A stretch of DNA of 64,000 bases from Paraspadella gotoi. Taxonomy: Eukaryota > Animalia > Chaetognatha. The stretch is from NCBI GenBank assembly GCA_051294375.1, contig CM119264.1, positions 8,988,764-9,052,763 of the forward strand, in the 5' to 3' direction. Within the stretch, counting starts at the first letter, position 1. The number at the start of each line of letters is the position of its first letter. Positions 40,791-53,668 of the stretch are shown piece after piece. The notes below the pieces were generated by a model that saw only the letters and a list, made by a program, of their open reading frames with translations, had not been told where the DNA came from and ran no database searches. Made by a program: the position numbers and the translations under genes.

Positions 40791-42912
40791 TGGGAAAAAA
40801 AAAGAGAGAGCGAACGGAAAAGCGTTGAGAAAGGAAAAAAAGAAATGATATTCAAAGTTTAAGAGAAAGATTATGAAAAAAAATTAGATTAAAAAAATTT
40901 AAAAAAAAGAAGAAAATTGAAGTAGAAAGAAAATAGAATTGCCAAAGCAAAGAATGTTATAAATGTAGAGGAAAATGAAAAAAAGAAGAAAGGAAAGTTG
41001 ATTAGGAGAGAAGGTAAGGCCACTAAGGCCCGGTAAGGGGCACGAAATTCTCCAGCGACGAATCTTCGCTTCGCCTTTTCGTCTCGAAACGAAAATTCCG
41101 TCGCCTGCAGACGAGAATATCGCGTCGTCTTTTTCGAAACTCAGACTCGGAATTGAATCTAGACCTGACTTGGGATTTAAACCTGGAATAAAATTGAGCT
41201 AAAACCCAGAAACAAGGTCTCTGCCTTGAATCAGCTTTTGGATGAGATTTAGACAATTTGGTTTTGCTTGGCATCGATGCTGTACAATTATACTGTAAAA
41301 AATATGGAAACTGAATCGCGCTACCAAATCGCAGTAGAAAAAAAGGTTATTTACACTGTTTTAGGCCTAAATATTTAATAGGTTTTGAAATACTTAGGTT
41401 TACCATGCTTAGTGAGTAAAAAGGCGAAATTATGGTCATGAAATTAGTGTAACATTCCTAACATTTCGAGTATTTACATATATATAACTTTTTTTCTTGT
41501 GGCAGCAGATACGCATTCCAACCCTCGGTCAAGCATGGAACCGGAATCGACCAATCAGCTTGCAGAATCATTGGAACTATAAATTTTACCCACGTCGCTA
41601 TGAATAGACCTCGCTTGTTTTAGTTTCAGCAGCATTGATCAAGACTCCTGCGCGTGTCTCACGGTCACCTTTATTCGCAGAATAAAATCTCATCCAGATT
41701 TCGCCCCTAGAAATCCATGGGTTTTTCCTTAAATATGGTGGCAGCTGTGAGATTTACACCCACGCCTCCGAAGAGACTGGAGGAACTTAATCAATTAACC
41801 GTTCATAGCGTTTTTTTAGAGCCAATTCATAAGCCTCCTAATTCATAAGCCCGGGGTTTCAGACATGTGGTTACCAAACTGTTAATTGGGATGGGGCATT
41901 TAACAATGGTGCTACAGCCCCATATAGAGCTGTATTTTCATTATATTACCGTTTCCTTAATCCTTTGTATATGTAAGTTGTATTGGCGTTCGCGGTGCGC
42001 AACGCGGGCGTCGCCGTAGGGGCAGGACGGCTCAACGTTCGACGGCAGAGATTTCGACATCCGAGTCCCAAGTTTCCTGATTCGCGACGGAACGTCGCGA
42101 CGACGACGACAACGATTAATATGAAGAAGAAAGCAAATATCTGGGTTATTTTTAACGTTTGAAATTTAGGAAAAGTGAGAGGCAGTTGCCTCGTTAAGCC
42201 TCGACGTCGAACGTTTTCAAGTTGCTTTTAAGGTGTTGTTTTTAAAGTGTTTTTAACGTTTTTTAAACTTGGAACTGTTTTTATACATCGTCGCCAATTA
42301 TTTCAATATCAATAAACATTTTTAAAACATCGTTGAATTCTCGGTCGTCGTCTCATAGAGTCAGAAAATATAGAGGCAGCTCAAACATAAGTAATAAATT
42401 TTGATACTGAATTGCAATAATGCTGTATCGATATTAATTAAAAATCGTTTAACATCAAAAAGATCTATAAAATACTTGATATTTTCAAACGTTTTGTGAA
42501 AATATTTTTACCTCATTTGCATATTATATAGTTATGTATTTCGAAGTACGCCAAGAATTGTTAATTTCTTTTTGGCTTTTTTTGTTTAAATATCTCGTAA
42601 TTACCCTACTACGTATATTAAAAACAGCCCCACAAGCAGAAATTTTTATAGAGATTGCTTCTCCCCCTCCCATAGTTCTTTCTTTCCAATTTTTGTTCGA
42701 AGTGGGATTGATTAACCGGTTTATTAATTATTCGGCGGATTGATATCGTTTTTTGAAAGTTTGAGCAATAAAAAAAGCGGTTTCCCGACCTGCTTAAAAT
42801 TTTCGTATCTTTTAATTTTTAGATTTAAGACAATATTGCTGACCTAACAACCCTGTTTTTTTTTTATTTAAAGTTTATAGCGAATTTCCTTTCTTTTCGT
42901 TGTGTTTGGATT

Positions 42913-43014
42913 AGTAGAAATAAGTTTGAGTTTATTTGCAACAACGATTTTATTAGTACATAAGGACGTACTAATAAAATCGTTGTTGCAAATAAACTCA
43001 AACTTATTTCTACT
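42913..43014. mobile_element. Perfect hairpin, MITE-like fold-back (47 bp arms, 8 nt loop)
   Basis: AGTAGAAATAAG...TATTAGTAC-ATAAGGAC-GTACTAATA...CTTATTTCTACT. Also present in the mirror arm (~47151-47253). Confidence 0.6.
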
Positions 43015-43430
43015 TATTTAAAGTTGAATATTTTTCCGGTAAAGAAACAAAAGTTTTGCATAACACAAACATTGAAAATCAAACCTAAATTTTAATTTAG
43101 ATCGACGAAATTTTTTTTTTTATGTTAAAAAAAAAATATCATTATGATTAATTTATCTTTTCAAGAATAAAAAAAACAGGGCGCTTTACTTTCATTATAT
43201 TCAAGGCGCGAACAAGAACGGAAGTGGACGGACAGGACAAAACCAACCGGTTAAATTTCTTTCTAAAAATCACGGGATTTTTAGAAAGTATCTCTTAACG
43301 GTGGTTGAGAAGTAAAGAGAGTGAGAGAAAGCGACGAAAAATTTAATAAAAAGGGCGAAAATTATACCACTTCCAATGACCCTGTTTAAATGGCCAGAAA
43401 AAGAAAAAAGACGCTATGGCGGTATATTCG

Positions 43431-43614
43431 TTGGCTCAGAGGGGGAACACACCATCCCAGGCGTAATGTTCCATCCACAGTCCTAACAACTTCCCTCTGC
43501 GTTGGCAAAGCGAGACCGTCCTAGGGTAACCGCGCCAGTGACTGGAGGCGTCACTGAGGGTCGGAAGTGAGATGCCCTATCCCAATGGGCATCACAGGCA
43601 ACCCGGCTGTTGCC
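43431..43614. other. Structured dispersed element copy B (mirror copy at 46536-46722)
   Basis: Perfect stems GGAACA/TGTTCC, ACTTCC/GGAAGT, CAGTGAC/GTCACTG, GATGCCC/GGGCATC and GGCAAC/GTTGCC. Core 43497-43539 is identical to copy A. Confidence 0.65.
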
Positions 43615-43756
43615 ATAACGCTTTGTTTATAGAATTCACTCTGTGACAGACAATTGCGACGTCTCAAAGTTAAACCACTAATTACTATAACTTAAGACGA
43701 AAAAAAAGTTTACAAAAGTATCTAAAATAAAAAAAACAAAAAACAAATTAAAAAAA

Positions 43757-43953
43757 ATGAATTCTCGTGATCCGCGACGCTACCCGCCGCTGGAGGGCGG
43801 CCTCTTCGGCTGGCTCGCCGTTCTCGGCTGCTTCCTCTGGGAACTCATCTTCTCGGCCGTGGAGAAGGCGTTCGGCATCATTCTCCTCGTCCTCGACCGG
43901 GAATTTCCGGCCACGCCCATCGATCGCGTCGTCGGCGTCGGATCGCTCGCCAT
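43757..43953 (+). CDS. Monocarboxylate transporter (SLC16/MCT family, MFS), exon 1
   Basis: MNSRDPRRYPPLEGGLFGWLAVLGCFLWELIFSAVEKAFGIILLVLDREF...: the N-terminal MCT motif PP.[DE]GG.GW.VV and FG....L..EF. GTGAGT donor, phase 2. Confidence 0.88.
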
Positions 43954-44274
43954 GTGAGTAAATATTGTTGTCAGTTCTGATGTGGTGACCAAAGTAACTT
44001 TACGTTAAAAACTTTGTGCTAAAAATGTGAAAACAAGTTTTCTTGATATTTGAAATTTTAATCTTAGACAAATTACAAAGTATCATTTACTTTTAAACTA
44101 TTTTGTTTCATCATGACTTAATTTTAGAAAAAATAAAAAAATATCATGTTGTCTCCACTCTCTGTAATCACTTCTAAATGTTATTTATTATTGAATGCTA
44201 TTCTTAATAAAATCATTTTGTCTTTAATGTATTTAGGAATTAAAATTTAATATCAATCATAAATATTTTCCCAG

Positions 44275-44724
44275 GTGTCTCAACGATATGTTGGGCCTCG
44301 TCTCCGCCGCCGTCATTCGCCGCGGCGTCACTCCGCGCGTCGTCATCTTCGTAGCGGCGCTCTTTCTCGTTGGCTGGCGCTCTCGGATCGAGCCTACGCG
44401 GCGACGGTGCCAGTTTTTTACTTGACTTTCGGCTCTGTTATCGGCATCGGCTCTGGCTTCGCCTTTACAGCTTCATACATCGCTGGCGGCACAGTATTTT
44501 CAACGCCGTTTTAAACAGTGGCCACTGGCATCACTACTTCGGCGGCGGCATCGCGTATCGTGGCGCCGCCAGTGCTGGAGCGTCTGGCGCAGGCCTACGG
44601 GCGACGGGGGATGCTCTTTGGATTGACGGGCTTCTTGGGAGTAACTTTCGTGGTGGCCGGGTGACGAGGCCTATCGAGCATAATTATCCGACGGGGGAGT
44701 CGAGGCAGACGGGGATTTGAAAAG
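44275..44724 (+). CDS. MCT/SLC16 exon 2 (apparent frameshifts, probably sequence errors)
   Basis: CLNDMLGLVSAAVIRRGVTPRVVIFVAALF...AYAATVPVFYLTFGSVIGIGSGFAFTASYIA...QYFQRR...ATGI...PPVLERLAQAYGRRG: MCT TM3-TM6 motifs (YLTFG..G.G.G, QYF..RR..A.GI) spread over shifting frames. CCAG acceptor in phase with exon 1. Confidence 0.8.
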
Positions 44725-44958
44725 GTTGAGATGGGGGAAGAATGATTTTTAAAAATTGATATGACGGTGTTTTTAAAAAAATTCACAAATAGTCTTGATT
44801 AATCATTTTTTTCAATTTAATTTAATTTTATTTGATGGAGATATTTTATTGTTCTTTCTATCTAATTCTATTCTATTCAAATTTCCAAAGAACATATTCC
44901 CAAAATTTTCTTTCGCAGTCAAAACGACAATCGNNNNNNNNNNNNNNNNNNNNNNNNN

Positions 44959-45243
44959 CCAATCATTTGGGTCAGGAGGTAAAGGAGAAAGACGGGTCAC
45001 GGAGGAGAAAAAGGTTGAGGCCTAAAACGGAGCAGTCGTTGTAGGGTGGTAGGGAGAAAGGCTCCGCGGTTTGATCCTTTACTTCGGATTCCTTGCAGTA
45101 GTCGGAACTTTAGAGTGTTAAGATGGTCGTTTTCCGACGATGAGGAGTCGGAGACGGCTTCCGTTGGTCGGTCGGTCGGTTTGGCTTTGTCGTCGACGAA
45201 TCTTCGAATCCCGAATAGTCGACGGAGCGATTGTCCGTTTTGA
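44959..45243 (-). CDS. MCT/SLC16 exon 3 (central loop to TM7), mostly present only in the inverted arm; plus-strand start at 44919-44933
   Basis: TTTCGCAG acceptor. A hydrophilic loop is followed by LGLNLFLLRDPSFLLYLLTQMI, matching the MCT 'L.LL.D..F..Y' motif before TM7. Cut off by the gap. Confidence 0.6.
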
Positions 45244-45434
45244 CTGCGAAAGAAAATTTTGGGAAATAATTTCTTTTGGAAATTTGAATAGAATAGAATA
45301 GAATAGACTAATAAAATATCTCCATCAAATAAAATTAATTAAATTGAGAAAAAATGATTAATCAAGACTATTTGTGATTTTTTTAACAAACACCGTCATA
45401 TCAATTTTATAAAATCATTCTTCCCCCATATCAA

Positions 45435-46390
45435 CCTTTTCAAATCCCGCGTCTGCCTCGACTCCCCCGTCGGGTAATTATGCTCGATAGGCCTCGTCAC
45501 CCGGCCACCACGAAAGTTACTCCCAAGAACCCGTCAATCAAAGAGCATCCCCCGTCGCTCGTATTGGCCTGCGCCAGACGCTCCAGCACGGCGGAGCCCA
45601 CGATCCGCGATCCCGCCGCCGAAAGTGCGATGCCAGTGGCCATGTTTCAAACGGCGTTGAAAATACTGTGCCGCCAGCGATGTATGAAGCGTAAAGGCGA
45701 AAGCCAGAGCCGATGCCGATAAAAGGCCGAAAGTCAAGTAAAAAACTGGCACCGTCGCCGCGTAGGCCGATCCGAGAGCGCCGCCAACGAAAAGAGGGCG
45801 CCGCTACGAGATGACGACGCGCGTGAGTGACGCCGCGGCGAATGACGGCGGGGAGACGAGGCCCAACATATCGTTGAGACACCCTGGGAAATATTTATGA
45901 TTGATATTAAATTTTTAATTCGCTAAATAATTAAAGACAAAATGATTTTATTAAGAATAGCATTCAATAATAAATAACATTTAGAAGTATACAGAGAGGT
46001 GGAGACAACATATATTTTTTTATTTTTCTATAATTAAGTCATGATGAAACAAATAGTTTAAAAGTAAATGATACTTTGTAATTTGTCTAAGATTAAAATT
46101 TCATAATATCAAGAAACTTGTTTCACATTTTTTAGCACAAAGTTTTAACGTAAAGTTACTTTGGTCACCACTCAGAATGACAACAATATTTACTCACGAT
46201 GGCGAGCGATGCCGACGCCGACGACGCGATCGAATGGGCGTGGCCGGAAATTCCCGGTCGAGGACGAGGAGAATGATGCCGAACGCCTTCTCCACGGCCG
46301 GAAGATGAGTTCCCAGAGGAAGCAGCGAGAACGGCGAGCCAGCCGAGAGGCCCCCTCCGCGGGAGGTAGCGTCGCGGATCACGAGAATCA
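45435..46390 (-). pseudogene. Inverted, indel-rich duplicate of MCT exons 1-2 (probably an assembly duplicate)
   Basis: Mirror of 43757-44724, with frameshifts at different positions. Confidence 0.6.
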
Positions 46391-49300
46391 TTTTTTTTTT
46401 AAATTTGTTTTTTTGTTTTTTATTTTAGATACTTTGTAAAACTTTTTTTCGTCTTAAGTTATAGTAATTAGTGGTTTAACGTTTGAGACTCGCAAATTGT
46501 CTGTCACAAAGTGAATTCTATAAACAAAGCGTTATGGCAACAGCCGGGTTGGCCTGTGATCCCATTGGGATAGGGCATCTCACTTCCGACCCTCAGTGAC
46601 GCCTCCAGTCACTGGCGCGTTAACCCTAGGACGGTCCTCGCTTTGCCAACGCAGAAGGGAAGTTGTTTAGGACTGTGGATGGAACATTACGCCTGGGCAT
46701 GGTGGTGTCCCCTCTGATCCAACGAATATATAATACCGCCATAGACGTCTTTTTCGTTTTTCTGGCCATTTAAACAGGTCATTGAAGTGGTATATATTTT
46801 CGCCCTTTTTATTAAATTTTCGTCCGCTTTCTCTCCACTCTCTTTACTTCTCAACCACCGTTAAGAGATACTTTCTAAAAATCCCGGTGATTTTTAGAAA
46901 GAAAATTTAACCGGTTGTTTTTGTCCTGTCCCGTCCACATTCGCTCTTGTTCTCGCCTTGAATATAATGAAATAAAGCGCCCTGTTTTTTTTATTCTGAA
47001 AAAGATAAATTAATTCATAATGGATATTTTTTTTTTAACAATAAAAAAAAAAATTTCGTCGATCTAAATTAAAATTTAGGTTTGATTTTCAGATGTTTGT
47101 GTTATGCAAAACTTTTCTGTTTCTTACCGGAAAAATATTCAACTTTAAATAAGTAGAAATAAGTTTGAGTTATTTGCAACAACGATTTTTATTAGTACGT
47201 CCTTATGTACTAATAAAATGCGTTGTTGCAAATAAACCTCAACTTATTCTACTAATCCAAACACAACGAAAAGAAAGGAAATTCGCTATAAACTTTAAAT
47301 AAAAAAAACAGGGTTGTAGTCAGCAATATTTGTCCTTAAATCTAAAAATTAAAAGATACAAAATTTAAGCAGGTCGGGAAAAACCGTTTTTTTTATTGCT
47401 CAACTTTCAAAAAAAACGATATCAATCCGCCAAATAATTAATAACCGGTTAATCAATCCACTTCGAACAAAAATTGGAAAGAAAGAACTATGGGGGGGGA
47501 GAAGCAATCTCTATAAAAATTTCTGCTTGTGGGGCTGTTTTTAATAAACGTAGTAAGGGTAATTACGAGTATTTAACAAAAAAGCCAAAAAAGAAATTAA
47601 ACATTCTTGGCGTACTTCGAATACATAACTATATAATATGCAATGAGGTAAAAATTTTCAACAAAACGTTTGAAATATCAAGTAATTTTATAGATCTTTT
47701 GATGTTATAACGATTTTAATTAATATCGAAACAGCATTATTGCAATTCAAGTATCAAAATTTATTACTTATGTTTGAGCTGCCTTTAATTTTTCTGACTC
47801 TATGAGACGACGACGAGAATTCACGATGTTTTAAAAATGTTTATTGATATTGAAATAATGGCGACGATGTATAAAAACAGTTCCAAGTTTAAAAACGTTA
47901 AAAACACTTTAAAAACAACACCTTAAAAAGCAACTTGAAACGTTCGACAGTCGAGGCTTAACGAGCAAACTGCCTCTCACTTTCCTAAATTTCAAGTTAA
48001 AAATAACCCACGATATTTGCTTCCTTCTTCATATTAATCGTTGTCGTCGTCGTCGCGACGTTCCGTCCGCGAATCAGGAAACTTGGGACTCGCGATGTCG
48101 AAATCTCTGCCGTCGAACGTTGAGCCGTCCTGCCCCCCTACGGCGACGCCGCGTTGCGCACCGCGAACGCAATACAACTTACATATTACAAAGGGATAAG
48201 GAAACGGGTAAATATAGATGAAAATACAGCTCTATATGGGGCTGTAGCACCAATGTTAAATGCCCCATCCCAATTAACAGTTTGGTAACCACATGTCTGA
48301 AACCCCGGGCTTATGAATTAGAGGCTTATGAATTGGCTCTAAAAAAACGCTATGAACGGTTAATTGATTAAGTTCCAGTCTCTTCGGAGGCGGGGTGTAA
48401 ATCTCAAACAGCTGCCACCATATTTAAGGAAAACCCATGGATTTCTAGGGGGCGAATCTGGATGAGATTTTATTCTGCGAATAAGGTGAGGTGAGACACG
48501 CGCAGGAGTCTTGATCATGCTACTGAAACTAAACAAGCGAGGTCCTATTCATAGCGAGTGGGTAAAATTTATAGTTCCAATGATTCTGCAAGCTGATTGT
48601 CGATTCCGGTTCCATGCTTGACCGAGGTTGGAATGCGTATCTGCCTGCCACAGAGAAAAAAGTTATATATATGTAAATACTCGAATGTTAGGAATGTTAC
48701 ACAATTCATGACCATCAATTTCGCCTTTTACTCACAAAGCATGTAACTAAGTATATTTCAAACATATTAAATATTTAGGCAAAAACAGTAAAATAACCTT
48801 TTTTTCTACTGGCGAATTTGGTAGCGGCGATTCAGTTTCCATATTTTTTACAGTATAATTGTACAGCATCGATGCCAAGCAAAACCAATTGGTCTAAATC
48901 TCATCCAAAAGCTGATTCAACGGCAGAGACCTTGTTTCTGGTTTTGTAGGCTCAATTTTATTCCAGGTTTAAATCCCAAGTCAGGTCTAGATTCAATTAC
49001 GAGTCTGGTTTCGGAAAAAGACGACGCGATATTCTCGTCTGCAGGCGACGGAATTTTCGTTTCGAGACGAAAAGGGAAGCGAAGATTCGTCGCTGGAGAA
49101 TTTCGTGCCCCTTCCGGCCCTTAGTGGCCTTACCTTCTCTCCTAATCACTTCTTTCTTCTTTTTTCATTTTCCTCTACATTTTATAACATTCTTTGCTTT
49201 GGCAATTCTATTTTTCTTTCTCTTACTTCATTTCTTCTTTTTTTAAATTTTTTTAATCTAATTTTTTTTCATAATCTTTTCTCTTTAAACTTTGAATATC

Positions 49301-50152
49301 ATTTCTTTTTTCCTTTCTCACGCTTTTCCGTTCGCTCTCTCTTTTTTTTTCCCATTCTTCTCTCTCTCTCATCTCTCTCTCCTCTCTCTCTCTTCTCTCT
49401 CTCTCTCTCTCTCTCTTCTTTCTCTCTCATTGATTTCCTTCTTCTTCTCGTTTTTATTATTCTCTTTCGTTTTATGTTCTCGTGTTTTTTATAACCTCTA
49501 TTTTTCATCCTTTTCTGTTTTCCCCTTTTATTTTTTTTTTCCGTTTCTTTCTCTCCGTTTTTACCGGGTTCGAAAAGCCTACCGTTAATTTACTCTCCTC
49601 TTCTCGTCAGTTTTGAATTTAATTAGTTAATTAGTCACTAAGTGTGTATACAACTTTATCTTTTTTTTTTTTTAACTTTTTTTTTCGCGTCATTTTTTGC
49701 CCTCATTTTTCTTTTATGAAAGAGAACGGACTCGCGTTTTTTTCCGTTTTTTTGTTTTCTCTCTCTTAATTTGGTCTCTACCGCAAACTCGAGTGACCGA
49801 CTAAAATTTTTTCAACCTCACTCGCTGAGGCTACTAAATTCTTTACTCCACACCAACCATGCTGCAGCTCACTTCCGCACCCCTCTGTCCGCCATCCCGA
49901 ATCAACGCCCCTGTTACCCACCTACAAAGCTCAAACCGCTTCTTTCCCCATCCCTGCTCATCCTTTGGGTCGCTCGCTCCACCTCCCCTTCCCATCACTG
50001 CTAGCTTCACCACCTCTTTCCCCACCCTCCAGATCCCACCTCGGTCCGTCGCCTCTCCGACGATAGGATGATCACTTGCGCCATTAGACTCCGCATTATG
50101 TCCCGACTTTGTGATTGATATGAGAATATTCGCGCCTCTTTCTCTTCCTTAA

Positions 50153-50198
<46 letters not shown>

Positions 50199-51231
50199 TC
50201 TCTCTCTCTCTTCTCTCTCTCTCTCTATCTCTCTCTCTCTCTCTCCTCTCGCTCCCTCTCTCACTCTTATCCATGAAAAAGATAACCGGGCGTCGCTTAT
50301 CATTCTTCATTTTCATTCAGAAAAAAATTAATTGAGAGCGAAAAGCGAGAGAGAGAGGGAGGAGAGAGAGAGAGCAGAGAAGAGAGAGGAGAGGGTGGAG
50401 AGTTAAAAATAAGTGAGTTTGCCGCTGAGAGGGAATCGATATAATCTCTGTCGACGTTGTTGTTGTTGTTGTTCTTTTCAATGTTTGGATCGAATATCTG
50501 ACCAATCGGTGGTCTTTTTATCGAAAATCTTCCGTATACTCGAAACTTTTGTAGTAATACAATATATAAACTATTGATATGTCACTCTTAGAGAACTATG
50601 TATCTAAAACAAGACTGCTTAGTAGAAATTATAAAGTTTTGAGCAGCAAAACTTATCTTAATTTATGTATTATCGCTAGTCAAGAGTTTTTGTTTTTGTT
50701 TTTGTTTTTATTTCTTTCCGGTTTTTATTTTTTCGGCCAGAGTCCGCCATTGTCGTAGAATTGCTCGTTCCACGTTGTTAACTCAGTAAATTACTCGTTA
50801 TTGATTTTTTTTCTTCCAAACAGAAGCCGAGATGTCTGGCTTATTTTCTTTCTGTGTGTTTTTTTTTTAATTTAGCATTAATAATTGATTGGTAATTTTA
50901 TCTCAACTGAAAACACAAAGGGCGGTGGCAATGCACTTGTATTTTTATTACTATGTTTATTTGATGCTATTTATTTTATATTGTTTTTTTGTAAACAAAA
51001 TTAAACGATATAAAAGAAAACTACGCGTGAAAAACTAAGAAACTAACCAAACAAACCAAAATTAAAAACAAAGATGGAAATAGATGATGAAGTCTAATAT
51101 AAAAAGTTAAAAGAAAAAAAAAGGAATAGAAGAGAAAAAAAAGAAAAAGAAATAAAAAGGAATGACCTGAGCAGAAATCGTAAAACTCTTTCTTTAAAGT
51201 TACGACGTTTTCAGATTCGTTTGTTCTCAAC

Positions 51232-51317
<86 letters not shown>

Positions 51318-51852
51318 CTTTCTTTGTTTTTTTCTCTTCGTCCATTTGGTGTCGCTGCCTTCTCTCAACGCCTAGGTGGCGCTTCCTGATCGCCACGCCG
51401 CAGGACGGTCGTAGTTTCTGCCAACATCTTGCACGCAGACTCGATGCCATCTTTCGCCTCATTCTTCTGCGCCATCTTTCGCATCATCTCAGTTTCTGCG
51501 CCATTTGGGTTCTCCCATTTTTTTTTCCGACCGCGAAATCAGAGTCGAGGCCGCGAGGAGACGCGAGTGTGAAGTGCTGAATGAATTAATTTTAAAAGGG
51601 TTTTAAAAGCTGTGAAATTTAAACTATTTTAGGATTATATTATAAATGTTTTGAAAGCAACTGACTTGTTAATCGTACCCCAATCTCAAAATGACTTCAA
51701 ATGTTTTTTTCCTAGAAACCATTTTCTTTATCCTTTTAAATTTCCCTGAGAAAAACTGAAAGTAGTTTTCTCCTTTTTTACTCTCTCTAGTCTCTTCCAC
51801 CACTTCAATGCCTTCAATAAAAATCCCGTTTCCAATTCCTCTCGTCATTCCA

Positions 51853-51887
<35 letters not shown>

Positions 51888-52155
51888 TTCTCTCTCTCTC
51901 TTCTCTCTCTCTCTCTCTCTCTCTCTTCTTTCTCTCTCTCTTTAAACCCCATCCCCTTTTCACGACTCCCTCTTTGTCGCTTTGCCAAACCACTTTCTTT
52001 CTCTTCTTTCTTACAATGCTCTCTTCTCTCTTTCCTCTCTCTTTTTCTTCACTCTATCTCTCTCTTCTTTACCACGCCCCTCTCTGTCTCTGCCTTTAGA
52101 CCATCTTAAAGAATTGTATTCATCTCAAGTCGCGCCTCTTCTTTCTAATCCCTCT

Positions 52156-52220
<65 letters not shown>

Positions 52221-52984
52221 TCTCTCACTCTACTATTTTTCCTGCTTGCTTTGACAAGATAAATCCTTTTTTAATCCTTTCAACTGTCGTTCGCTTCCAT
52301 CTTCCGATTTCTCTGGTGACACGAGAAAAAAATGATAAATGTCCTTGTAATAAAAATCCATTTATCATTGATTCCCTCCACATTTTTTTAAATTTTTTTC
52401 CCGTAGTAAAGGGTATTCGTCATACAGACAAGCACAGAATAAGTGTTCCACATGAGAGTGCCGAATTGTACCTCCCGAGACGATCTACTTCATTGCCACC
52501 ACAGAAAAAATCGATAAGACCGAAGTTCGTTAAACCCGGATCAGGTCGGACCTCATTCTCATTTTTCCGCGATTCATGGTGAACGTGATTCATACTGAAC
52601 GGCTTCATGGCTGCACGCACTTATGGTGCACTCACGCTATTGCCACACGTGGTGCTCGCTCGATATTTCGATCAATAACCTCGATCCTCAAGATTCTCAG
52701 GCGCAAACGATTTTGTTTCCGTCGTGTTTACAGTCGCTGGCGGATTGTAATATCCCTGGAAGATTTGTCGTCGTTGTTGTCGTCAGGGGCTTTTATGTTA
52801 GTTTCGTCGTCGTCATCGAAAGGAGAATCTCTCTTATGTCATCTTCATTTTTCATATTTTATTTTAATTTTTCCATCGTACATATATAATTATATGTCTG
52901 TATCTTTTGGAAATTCTGGAACCCCATCGGTTTTTTATCGAGCCATGAACGGCGAAGCCGGTTCAGGCTCTAATAATGTTTTAG

Positions 52985-53105
52985 GTTGCCGTGCCCTGCG
53001 GCTACTGGTCTCCCATCTACCTGCCTGGCTTGGCCGTAGAGAAGGGCGTGACGGAGATACAAGCGGCGCTACTCAATTCTATCGCGTTCGGAACGCAGGT
53101 TTCGG
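52985..53105 (+). CDS. MCT/SLC16 exon 4
   Basis: VAVPCGYWSPIYLPGLAVEKGVTEIQAALLNSIAFGTQVS matches the MCT G...P..LP..A...G....AA.L.S motif. TTTTAG acceptor, GTGAG donor, phase 0 to 1. Confidence 0.8.
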
Positions 53106-53668
53106 GTGAGAGCTTTGGTGGGTGGGTGGCCGGGTGATCGAGCGTTCGAGGCGACGGCCGACCATAAAGTGTTTCAAAGTAGGCCCACAAATTCCCGGTA
53201 GCACTAAAGATCTCGTGTTTTAGAGGGTCAAAAGATAAGCTCGCATACAGTCGGGTAAGGTCAAGCAAAAAGATTGGCAATATTTAACAGGGCTTTAAAA
53301 GTTAATATTGAAAAGGTGGGGGGCAGTGGTTTGATGGGTGAATAGCGCGAGAAAGAGAATTAAAAATCTTTACAGTAAACTATAAAATTGGTGCAAAAAT
53401 TATAACAATTTTAACAGATAAATAAATAAACTATCTTCCCCCTTACATTATACAGATTGTGATGCATTTTACTTTAAGTCCTCTATCTCTCTTTTGTAGC
53501 AAGACTCGGCAACCTTCTAATAGCTTATTAACTTTCACAGCGCTTTTCTTCCCATTAATGAGGGCCCCCTTAAAACTATTAAGGCAAATAATATTGAATT
53601 GAAAAGTAAATAATAATTGGGTAATCTGTATCAATTTATATTTCTTTTCTCTCCCTCTGCACTTCCAG

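Larger units (their letters stand above)
38985..51250. repeat. Giant inverted repeat, ~6 kb arms (38985-44933 and 45228-51250)
   Basis: Arms are reverse complements that differ by many small indels. The centre is a 25-N gap (44934-44958) plus 270 bp of unique sequence. Confidence 0.95.

Noticed and set aside
41023-41274. 83-aa basic ORF on the minus strand
   Set aside because: No recognised homology, and the frame is disrupted in the mirror arm.
43431-43445. tRNA gene suggested by box-A-like TGGCTCAGAGG
   Set aside because: No box B (GTTCGA) or cloverleaf; treated as part of the structured element instead.
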